Shown: positions 17,021 through 25,049 of the stretch, piece by piece
Layout of the letters: every line of letters begins with the position of its first letter
Position numbering within the stretch: position 1 is the stretch's first letter
Source: Dehalococcoidia bacterium
Lineage (GTDB): Bacteria; Chloroflexota; Dehalococcoidia; Lucifugimonadales; UBA3495
Assembly: GCA_965220505.1 (NCBI GenBank)
Contig: CBDCQE010000001.1
Location: 1,115,082 to 1,179,081 of the forward strand
Reading direction: 5' to 3'
Length of the DNA: 64,000 nucleotides
Notes under the pieces: model-generated
What the model was told of the DNA's origin: nothing
The model's database searches: none
What the model saw: the letters and a program-made list of their open reading frames with translations, nothing else
Translations under genes and position numbers: made by a program

Positions 17021-17281
17021 TCAACGGGACCAGGACTTGACGGCTATCACCGTGGCGCACAAGAGAGAAGCGATGCAGAAGGTCGGCGTGGTCACCAGGG
17101 AAACCGCACCCCATCCGGGTATGAGCGACATTATCGCGACCGCCAGAGCGGCGGAGCCGCCCACGACCACGCCGGCGGCTATTGAATTGAGCAGGAGGTT
17201 GGAATGCCAAGGCTTACCCGCTTCGATGCGCAGAGCCTGGGCGGTGAGGTGCGAAATGGAAATCGACATTCTGCGGCTCAT
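17021..17281 (-). CDS. Small two-TM membrane protein (86 aa), hypothetical
   Basis: The ATG overlaps the TGA of the upstream PNPOx-like gene (ATGA). There are two hydrophobic helices (LLLNSIAAGVVVGGSAALAVAIMSLI; VSLVTTPTFCIASLLCATVIAV). The track embeds it in a 240-aa ORF whose upstream part is antisense noise. Confidence 0.45.
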   Translation of the reverse strand: MSRRMSISISHLTAQALRIEAGKPWHSNLLLNSIAAGVVVGGSAALAVAIMSLIPGWGAVSLVTTPTFCIASLLCATVIAVKSWSR

Positions 17282-17694
17282 CTTTCCTGTAGGACTTCTC
17301 CGGACAGCTGGTTGATGCGGTAGAGGCGGACCAGGACGGCGGCGCCGGTGCGGTCGGGGTCGCGGTCGAGCTCGCCCTGGACGGTGCGGGACATGACGTT
17401 GTCCCTGATTGCGCCTTCGCGGTACATGGATGCGGTGCCGTAGAAGCGCAAGTTCACGCGCTCGGTGGGGTGCCGATAGAAGAGGACGACCTTGGAACCG
17501 TTCTGGATATTGGCGGCGGAGTTGCGCCAGCCGCGTTCCCAGAAGGCCAGAGTCTCCCGATCGAACACCAGAACGCTGCCGCGCATGCTGATCTGGGGCT
17601 CGCCGTCCAGGGATACGGTAGCAATGAACATGGGGCAGCGGTCGGCCAGCGCGTTGTCGATACGGCGGCGAAGTTCGTCGTCGATGTAGATCAT
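17278..17694 (-). CDS. Pyridoxamine 5'-phosphate oxidase-like FMN-binding split-barrel protein
   Basis: The start MIYIDDELRRRIDNALADRCPMFIATVSLDGEPQISMRGS is typical of the PNPOx-like/general stress protein 26 fold. RBS GGAGA lies 6 nt upstream of ATG 17694. Confidence 0.7.
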   Translation of the reverse strand: MIYIDDELRRRIDNALADRCPMFIATVSLDGEPQISMRGSVLVFDRETLAFWERGWRNSAANIQNGSKVVLFYRHPTERVNLRFYGTASMYREGAIRDNVMSRTVQGELDRDPDRTGAAVLVRLYRINQLSGEVLQER

Positions 17695-17864
17695 GGGAGT
17701 CTCCTGAAGCATGCTGCCGGGTGCAGGGCCGTTTCGAGGACACCGCACCCGAGTCAGTGGATGGCTCCTATAGGATACCCGACGGAATGCGGGGTGAGCG
17801 GGACAAGGATTGACGGGCTATCGCTAGCCCGTCCGGCGCAAACTGAGTGTACAAAGCGGGACGG

Positions 17865-18818
17865 CTAGTCAATCACCGGCACCGAGGGGTCGAAATAAAC
17901 TTCGGCGGCGGCCAAGGCGGCCTGCTTTTCGGCGTCACGAACGGCGCAGGCGGCGTTCATGGCGAGCACGTCCTTGGCCCATTCGTCCACGGGCACGTCG
18001 ATCATGCGTCCGGCGAAGGGGGCGGCGGCGGTGCCGGCGGCAAGGGCCTGGGCGAACACCTCTCGAACCTGAGTGTAGTATTCGACCAACGATTCCGCGG
18101 GAGTGTAGGCGGCGTTGACGGGGGCGATCCAAGTGGGGTGCCCACAGACCATGCCCTTGAAGCCCAGGTTCCGGGAATCGGTGGCGATCTCGAACATATC
18201 CTCGTGGGAAAGATGCCCGGTTTGTACGCCCATAGGATCGGCGACGGCGATGGGCTGGACGCCGGCGGCGGTGGCCTCGATGCACAGCCGGCCGCGGGCG
18301 AACACGAAGGCGTCATGCTGCGAGGATTGGGTGATCCCGAGGGAGGCAGCCAGGGCAGCCTCATCGATGCCCACCTGTTTCACCCGAGGAGACGCGGTGA
18401 TGATCTCGCGGATGTGCCAGACGCCGGCCGCCGTCTCGATGGAGGGCGTGATTTCGAGAGAGCGGGGGACCGCGCCGTGGATCTTTTCCAGGTCGGCCAA
18501 AATTGTTTCGGCCTCCGCCACCTGATCGGCCGATTCAACGCCCGGCAACACTATCCCGGCCAAGTCAGGGCCGACGGCAGCGTTACTATCGGCGTAAACG
18601 AAGTCGGCGTTGACGCGAACGAAGACCTGCGCGCCGCCTTTGCCGGCGAGGGCCACCGACTGACGCAGAGTTTTGCGGACCCGAGCGAGTTCGGCGGTGG
18701 GCGTGCCGTCCTGCAGATCGATGGTGACCGCGTCGGCGTTGTGCATCCAACTGCGGGAGACCATCCGCGATTGGACGGCGGGAACGATCAGGTTGGAGCG
18801 TCGTACGAGTATGGACAT
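17865..18818 (-). CDS. HpcH/HpaI aldolase / citrate lyase beta (CitE)-like acyl-CoA lyase, paralog 3 in the operon
   Basis: RRSNLIVPA...ADAVTIDLQDG... family N-terminus. The start is taken at ATG 18818 with RBS GGGAG. Confidence 0.82.
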   Translation of the reverse strand: MSILVRRSNLIVPAVQSRMVSRSWMHNADAVTIDLQDGTPTAELARVRKTLRQSVALAGKGGAQVFVRVNADFVYADSNAAVGPDLAGIVLPGVESADQVAEAETILADLEKIHGAVPRSLEITPSIETAAGVWHIREIITASPRVKQVGIDEAALAASLGITQSSQHDAFVFARGRLCIEATAAGVQPIAVADPMGVQTGHLSHEDMFEIATDSRNLGFKGMVCGHPTWIAPVNAAYTPAESLVEYYTQVREVFAQALAAGTAAAPFAGRMIDVPVDEWAKDVLAMNAACAVRDAEKQAALAAAEVYFDPSVPVID

Positions 18819-18834
18819 ATAGGACAGCTCCCGA

Positions 18835-19857
18835 TCAGCCTGGGGATTCCGCGGCCTCGGCGGCACGCACGCGATCGATGGCTTCGGCTTTCTCCCGGTC
18901 GCGCTCCTGGCACAGGCTTTGCCATTGCAACAGTTCTTCTGCTCGCGCGGCTTCGTAGCGGTCGATTATGCGGTGACGGCCAAGGTAGGAGTCGGCGGCC
19001 ATCGGACGGGGAGAGGCCTCCCGATCCACTTGGGAAACGTCTACCTGGACCCAGGTATCTCCGGTGCGGGTGAGCTTGCGGTACTCTTGGAGCACCCACT
19101 GGGCGTCCGAAACCTCGTCGTCGGAAGGGGCGAACCCGCGGATCTGCGGCTCCACGACGGCCGGGTGTAAACCGCCTCCGATGCGGAACCCGCACTTTCG
19201 CGCCGCGTCCGCTTCGGCGAAAGCCCGGTCGGGGTCGCTGACGCTGCCGGTTATGTTAGGCGTGAACGGAGCCGCACGAGGTTCGCGACCGGCGGCGCGG
19301 GCCGCGAGTTCAACCTCGCCCTTGCCATACACGAACTGGTCAAAGCTCACGAACATTTCGACGCCGAGGTCGCGGGACATGTCGTATCCGGAAGCGCCGC
19401 CGAAATCGCGAACGCGACTACTCGCGGTGACGATCTCATAAGAGTTGGCGACTCCGACGGCGGTCTCGATGTTGGCGCCGATTTCGACGGTGCCGGGCCT
19501 GATGCCCCGTTCAGCTTCCAGGCGAGTGATGATCGCGTCCATGCGCTCGATTTCGCGGCCGTACTCTGCCTTGGGATAGTTGACCATCATGATACCGGGC
19601 CAGATCACGGCGTTGAGGTCTGCTTCCATCAAGTCATGGTTGATGCGGCATACTGCGTCGGCTCCGCCCTTGTTGACCACCGCGATGGATTCACGGACGA
19701 GGCTGCGCGCATAGTCCTTGAGATTGGGAGGGACCGAGTCCTCCAGGTCCATGTTGATGTAGTCGCAGCCGCGATGCCAGGCGTTGTTGATGAAGCGCGG
19801 AGTGACGATGGGCATCGTCAGACCGGACCGTTTCAGTCGCCGAGTTGAGCTGGGCAT
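18835..19857 (-). CDS. HpcH/HpaI aldolase / CitE-like acyl-CoA lyase, paralog 2
   Basis: PRFINNAW...CDYINMDLEDSVPP motif. RBS GGAG lies 7 nt upstream of ATG 19857. Confidence 0.82.
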   Translation of the reverse strand: MPSSTRRLKRSGLTMPIVTPRFINNAWHRGCDYINMDLEDSVPPNLKDYARSLVRESIAVVNKGGADAVCRINHDLMEADLNAVIWPGIMMVNYPKAEYGREIERMDAIITRLEAERGIRPGTVEIGANIETAVGVANSYEIVTASSRVRDFGGASGYDMSRDLGVEMFVSFDQFVYGKGEVELAARAAGREPRAAPFTPNITGSVSDPDRAFAEADAARKCGFRIGGGLHPAVVEPQIRGFAPSDDEVSDAQWVLQEYRKLTRTGDTWVQVDVSQVDREASPRPMAADSYLGRHRIIDRYEAARAEELLQWQSLCQERDREKAEAIDRVRAAEAAESPG

Positions 19858-19866
19858 GGGTAACTC

Positions 19867-20808
19867 CTAGGGGACAGGAACCGGAATGCCTTTCACCGCG
19901 GCGGCTTTGAATCGGTCCCGGGTCGAGCAGGCATCAGCGAGGGTGACGGTATTTGCGGCCTGCCCGACGATGTCCGGCGTCAGGACGCGCTCGTCCACGG
20001 ATACCATGGTGCACGTGCCCGATGCGGTTGCCGACGCGTACGCCTCGCACAACGCATGAGCCGCCGCGACCTCGGACTCGGAAGGGGTGAAGCCCGAGTT
20101 CAAGGGACGAACCTGATTGTCCAGAACGCAGAAAGAACCCTTGAACCCGATGGCGCGCCCGCGTTGTGCGGCGGCGAGGGTGTTTTCGGGTGTTGCCAAC
20201 AGCCCGCGATCGGGGAACCTCCACCATGCTCCTATGGGGACGGTTCCCGTGGCTGACGCCAGAGTCACCAAGCGCTGCATGAGGTACTGCATGAAGTGCG
20301 TTTCGCCCGAAGGCTCGGGCCGCAGGTCCATGACCAAGTCGGCGCGTCCCAGGGAAAGGCCCCAGGTACGTGAACTGGCGGTGGCGACCTCGAAACCGTT
20401 GTGGTTGCCCGGGGCGGTTTCCAGGCAGAGGACCAGTTCGACGCTGCCCGGCGACATGCCGCGGCGGCTCTCCAGTTCGGAGATGATGGCGTCGATGGAG
20501 ACGACCTGCTCCGGAGTTTCCACGCGGGTCACGACGATGCCGTCGAGACCGGGCCACACGGCGGCGGTGAGATCGGCGAGCATCAACTCGGGGTCGATCT
20601 GAACGAACACGTCCGCACCGGTGGACTTGGCGGGAACCAGGCAATCGCGCAGGGACTCGCGGGCCGCCGGTTTATCCGGTTCGGCCACGAATTCCGCCAG
20701 GTCCAGCACGATTACGTCGGCGCCGGCCGAGGGGGCATTCGATACGCGATCCGGATGCGAGACCGGGGTCAGCAACCAGGAACGCCTGACTGTGGAGAGC
20801 ACTGTCAT
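19867..20808 (-). CDS. HpcH/HpaI aldolase / CitE-like acyl-CoA lyase, paralog 1
   Basis: RRSWLLTPVSHPDRV...ADVIVLDLAEFV motif. Length is 313 aa. Confidence 0.82.
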   Translation of the reverse strand: MTVLSTVRRSWLLTPVSHPDRVSNAPSAGADVIVLDLAEFVAEPDKPAARESLRDCLVPAKSTGADVFVQIDPELMLADLTAAVWPGLDGIVVTRVETPEQVVSIDAIISELESRRGMSPGSVELVLCLETAPGNHNGFEVATASSRTWGLSLGRADLVMDLRPEPSGETHFMQYLMQRLVTLASATGTVPIGAWWRFPDRGLLATPENTLAAAQRGRAIGFKGSFCVLDNQVRPLNSGFTPSESEVAAAHALCEAYASATASGTCTMVSVDERVLTPDIVGQAANTVTLADACSTRDRFKAAAVKGIPVPVP

Positions 20809-21240
20809 GGTGGCTATCAGTGCCTAATTCGGGAATAAATGGCAGCATTATGTTGTATAATGCCGCCGATTGGATTGAGGTAGGTAGGTTTGACCGTAGA
20901 GTACGACGAATTATAAGTGAGTCCGCCCGGTGTGGCAACATGGCCGAACCGGGTAATGACGTGTCTGCACCGGCCAACAACACTAGCACCTTGACGTGAC
21001 TATCCTCGGCTGGCGTGGACAGGGATAGCGTTGAATGGCTGCTAAAAGTCTGCCGAAACGGGCTCCGTATGTTGCGAGAAAGGGAATGTTGTTGAACACG
21101 AACTACCACCTGCGACGTTATGTTATATCGTACGTATCTTGAAGTCTCCCGACAAGGCACCCTGATGTTTGACCGGCGCGCCCGGCCCACTCGAATCAGA
21201 CCGTCAACCGTTGCAAAACTTACAGGAGCAATTCTCCAAA

Positions 21241-24200
21241 ATGGCCGCTAGTTTGGAAATCCACGATCTGCTCAACTCCGGACAGGTGCAGGTGCGCCTG
21301 GTTGAAGCGTCGGGCGATGCACGGGAAGCAGCGCCGGCAGCTTTCGGCATAGACCTTTCCGAGGAGGAGCGCGGAGCGCTGGACCGCTATCACACGGAGT
21401 TCCGGCGCGGGTCGCCGGGGGGCATTGCCCAAATCGAAGCCGTCGAACTCGCCATGCGGAACCTAGGCCGATTGCTGTTCGAATCGGCGTTCGGCGCGGA
21501 TAGCGAAGCCCGTGAGTTGCTGGATGAGGTGATGGCGCGGGACGAACGCGGCGTGCTGGCGATCGTGTCCTCGCGCGCGGGGTTCATGTCGCTGCCGTGG
21601 GAACTGATGAACGACCCGTCGCTGGGATACTTCATCAACGGATTGGTGGGAGTGGTGCGACAATCCTCCAGCCAGGCGCCGGCGGACGATGTGGAAGTGG
21701 TAGAAGAAGACACGCTGAACGTGCTGATGCTTTCGAGCAGCCCCCTGGCGTTGGATGTCCCCAGCGCCGGATCGCTGCTGCCGGATCCGGTGGCAGCCGG
21801 CGCCAGCCTGGCCGAGGCGACGGTGGCGGCGCTGGAGGGGCTGAACGTCCAGGTGTCCTTGGACAACCCGAGGCCGGCTACGCTGTCCGCGCTACAAGAT
21901 CTCCTGGCGCGCAACCCGGGGCGCTACCACGTGGCCCACATCGACGGGGCCACCCTGAGTGATGGCGGGTCAATCGTACTGGAGCAGGATGACGGCGGTC
22001 CCAGCGCCGTTGCCGCCGCGGAACTGGGCGGCGCGCTGGCGGCGGGCGGGGTCAACGTGGCGTTGATCACTGCGGGGGTGCAGGAAGACTTTCCGCCGCT
22101 GGCATCGTGGTCCGAGGCGGCGATGGCGGTGGCTGAGGCCGGCGTCGCGCAGGTGGCAGTCCTGCCGGTTCCGGTGCATCCGGATGCCGGAGACGGCGCG
22201 GTGGCTGCGTTCTACCGTCGCATCGCGCAGGGCTATACCGTATCGGAGGCGGTATCCTCGGTGCGCCGCGGGCTGATGGACACGCCGGAGCGGGTCACGA
22301 TGTACGGCCGGCGGGTGTTCTGGGACTGGCACCTGCCGTGCGTCTACCAGTCGCGCGTCCACCAACCGCCGGTGATAGCCCAGGTCCAACCAGACCCGCT
22401 GGCTGCGCCGGTGATCCACCCGGAGGAAGCGCCGACCGACGACTTGCAGATTCCCGTGGCCGGTCAATACGGATTGGTGGGGCGACAAGCGGAACTGCGG
22501 CAGCTGGAGCGGGCCCTGAAGACGCACTCGGTGGTGCACCTGTCGGGCGACACCGGCACGGGCAAGACCGAACTGGCCCTGGCGCTGTGCCGGTGGTTCC
22601 TGAAGCCGGCTCGGGTCGCGTACCCGGGCGGCGTGTTCTACACGGCATTTGAGACCTCGCAGCCGGCCGGCCTGGAGCGAGTGGTGCACGAGATCGGGAC
22701 GGCGGTGGCGGGGCTGGATTTCGCGGACATGCCGGCGGAGCAACAACGGAGGTGGGTGACGGCTTACCTGAACGACAACGCGTCGTTATTGGTTTGGGAC
22801 AACCTGGAAAACGTGGCCGGCTTTCCAGACGGCGCTCCTGGCTTGCTGAGCGAAGAGGAACTGCCGGAGCTTGCGGCATTCCTGGGCGACGTGACCACCG
22901 GGCCCGCGGGGACACACGCGCTGCTGCTGGGCAGAAGGGCCGAGGAGGAATGGGTCTCCGGGTCACACGCCTCCCTGACGCTGGATGGGTTGGCGGGGGC
23001 GGACCGACTGGCCCTGGTCGCTCAAATCATGCACCAGGCGGAGGTGCCCGCTACGCGGGTCGACGCCGACTTTTTTGAGTTGCTGGGTCTCCTAGATGGG
23101 CACCCGTTGGCGATGCAGATCACGATACCCCCGGTGAAGGAGGTTCCGGCGGCGGCGGCAGTCAGCGAGATGGCGAGGCTCATCGACAGCGAGCCGGAGG
23201 GTGGCGAGGCGGGGCGCGGGGCGACGCTGACGGCGGCGATGGAGTACGCATTCTCGCGGATGTCGCGGCGGAACCGGACGCATCTGCCGTTCCTGTCGCT
23301 GTTCCAGCGCAGAGTGATGCTGGACGTGCTGTCGCACATCACGGAGGAGCGGGCCTACAGCCAGATCGTGGGGGACGACCTGACCGCGGGGGCATCGCGG
23401 AGCCTGCTCTCGCCGGAGGGCGGGATGCAGTCGTCCGGGCGCTCGTATGCATCTTGCCGCACTATGCTGCGGTCGGCGCACGCCGCCGGGTTCCTGGAAT
23501 CGATCTCGCCCAGCGTTTACCAGATCAACCCGTCGATACCGTGGTTCCTGGGTCGGAAATTGGGTAGGCAAGTTGCCGGCAACGGGATCCAGCAGCTTGA
23601 AATTGAGTTCGTCCGGGTGTACGCCGATACTGCGGACTACTTTATGGAAAGCCTCTATGAGAACCAGGACACCGGCGTCACGGCGGTGCTGGCGGAAGAG
23701 GGCAACCTGACGCAAGCGCTGGGGTTGGCGCTGGAGTACCGGCAGTGGGACAACGCGCAGGTGTTGTTCCAGCCATTGGCGCAGGTTTACCGGATGCAGA
23801 AACGGTTCCCGGAGTTGCGACGGCTGCGCGGCCAGTTGCTGGATACCATCGGGCACACCGCCGGCGAAGCGGAAGGCAACGGAGCCATCGAGTTCTGGCA
23901 ATACCTGCTCGGAACGGACGCAATGGAATCGGTCGAGCGGATGGACCTGGAACGGGCGGACCTGTTCAACCGGCAATTGCTGGATTACCTGCTGGAGCAA
24001 CCGGACGGAGAGACGGACGCGCGCACTGCGGCCGTCTACCACCAGAACGGTCTGATCGCCACGCGGCGGGGTCAGTACGACACCGCATCGGAGTGGCTGG
24101 AGCGGGGGCTGGAGATCATCGACGGTGGCGAGGACCAGGAGTCGATTGCCGACGCCTGTTTCGCCATCGGGCAAGTGCGGCAGCACCAGCGCCAGTACGG

Positions 24201-24996
24201 GGCGGCCAAGGAGTGGTACTCGCGGGCGTTGGACATCCACCAGCGGCTGCCCGACTATGAGGAAATGGTCAACGACTTTCGCGCCCTGGGGTCGGCTTGC
24301 CACTTGCGGTTCGAATACGACGAAGCGCGTAGCTGGTACCACCGGGCGCGGGAGATCGTGGAAGAAAACCGGGACGAAGAAACTGCGGTCTACATCTTCC
24401 ATTCGCTGGGAACGGTGGACCACTCGGAGTACCTGTTTGAGGACGCGCAATCCTGGTACCAGCAGGCTTTGGGCCTGAGCGACCGCCTGGGCATGACCGA
24501 GCAGATGATCGTCGAGTTCCATCACCTGGGCACCCTGGCGCAGGCGCGCGGCATCACGGATGAGGCGGACGAATGGCTGCGGGTAGCCATGGAGTACCGG
24601 GAAGAGATGGGCGACGTGCGGGGCGTGGGCGTGGAGGCGCGGCAGTTGGGAGTGGTCCACCACGAGCAGGGGGATCTAGACCAGGCCTATCACTGGTACG
24701 ACCAGGCCCGCATCGCGTTTGAAAATGTGCGCGACGTGCTGCGGGCGGCGCGAACTTACGGCCAGCTGGGCCTGGTTGAGGAACAGCGGGGGAATCTGCC
24801 CGACGCGCTGGAATGGGTAGCCCGGACTTACCAACTGGTTGCGGACCACCAACTGCCCATGCTGGTGCAGGTGAAGGCGCACCTGGCGCGGCTGAAGGAG
24901 CAGATGGGGGAGGAACCCTTCGCTCAATGGTGGCGGGACAACACCGGCGCGGAACCGCCGACAGACCTCGACGTGGACGCCAGTGAAATCCTGTGA
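21241..24996 (+). CDS. STAND NTPase: N-terminal CHAT-like (caspase-fold) domain, NB-ARC/AAA P-loop NTPase, C-terminal TPR array
   Basis: The CHAT-like part has LPWELM, LNVLMLSSSP, YHVAHIDG and ...EAGVAQVAVLPVPVHPDAGDGAVAAFYRRIAQGYTVSEAV. Walker A is GDTGTGKT and Walker B is LLVWDNLE. The last ~400 aa carry at least 8 TPR-like units (A..WY.RAL.I...). The start is taken at ATG 21241, 24 codons inside the listed ORF. Confidence 0.82.
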   Translation: MAASLEIHDLLNSGQVQVRLVEASGDAREAAPAAFGIDLSEEERGALDRYHTEFRRGSPGGIAQIEAVELAMRNLGRLLFESAFGADSEARELLDEVMARDERGVLAIVSSRAGFMSLPWELMNDPSLGYFINGLVGVVRQSSSQAPADDVEVVEEDTLNVLMLSSSPLALDVPSAGSLLPDPVAAGASLAEATVAALEGLNVQVSLDNPRPATLSALQDLLARNPGRYHVAHIDGATLSDGGSIVLEQDDGGPSAVAAAELGGALAAGGVNVALITAGVQEDFPPLASWSEAAMAVAEAGVAQVAVLPVPVHPDAGDGAVAAFYRRIAQGYTVSEAVSSVRRGLMDTPERVTMYGRRVFWDWHLPCVYQSRVHQPPVIAQVQPDPLAAPVIHPEEAPTDDLQIPVAGQYGLVGRQAELRQLERALKTHSVVHLSGDTGTGKTELALALCRWFLKPARVAYPGGVFYTAFETSQPAGLERVVHEIGTAVAGLDFADMPAEQQRRWVTAYLNDNASLLVWDNLENVAGFPDGAPGLLSEEELPELAAFLGDVTTGPAGTHALLLGRRAEEEWVSGSHASLTLDGLAGADRLALVAQIMHQAEVPATRVDADFFELLGLLDGHPLAMQITIPPVKEVPAAAAVSEMARLIDSEPEGGEAGRGATLTAAMEYAFSRMSRRNRTHLPFLSLFQRRVMLDVLSHITEERAYSQIVGDDLTAGASRSLLSPEGGMQSSGRSYASCRTMLRSAHAAGFLESISPSVYQINPSIPWFLGRKLGRQVAGNGIQQLEIEFVRVYADTADYFMESLYENQDTGVTAVLAEEGNLTQALGLALEYRQWDNAQVLFQPLAQVYRMQKRFPELRRLRGQLLDTIGHTAGEAEGNGAIEFWQYLLGTDAMESVERMDLERADLFNRQLLDYLLEQPDGETDARTAAVYHQNGLIATRRGQYDTASEWLERGLEIIDGGEDQESIADACFAIGQVRQHQRQYGAAKEWYSRALDIHQRLPDYEEMVNDFRALGSACHLRFEYDEARSWYHRAREIVEENRDEETAVYIFHSLGTVDHSEYLFEDAQSWYQQALGLSDRLGMTEQMIVEFHHLGTLAQARGITDEADEWLRVAMEYREEMGDVRGVGVEARQLGVVHHEQGDLDQAYHWYDQARIAFENVRDVLRAARTYGQLGLVEEQRGNLPDALEWVARTYQLVADHQLPMLVQVKAHLARLKEQMGEEPFAQWWRDNTGAEPPTDLDVDASEIL

Positions 24997-25004
24997 CCGG
25001 GAAT

Positions 25005-25031
25005 GGCATGGATGGACAGTATGGACGGGAT
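25005..25031 (+). repeat. Dispersed repeat family A copy 4
   Basis: GGCATGGATGGACAGTATGGACGGGAT. It lies 9 nt after the STAND stop codon and 19 nt before the next start codon. Confidence 0.75.
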
Positions 25032-25049
25032 TATTTGAGGTGAATTGAG

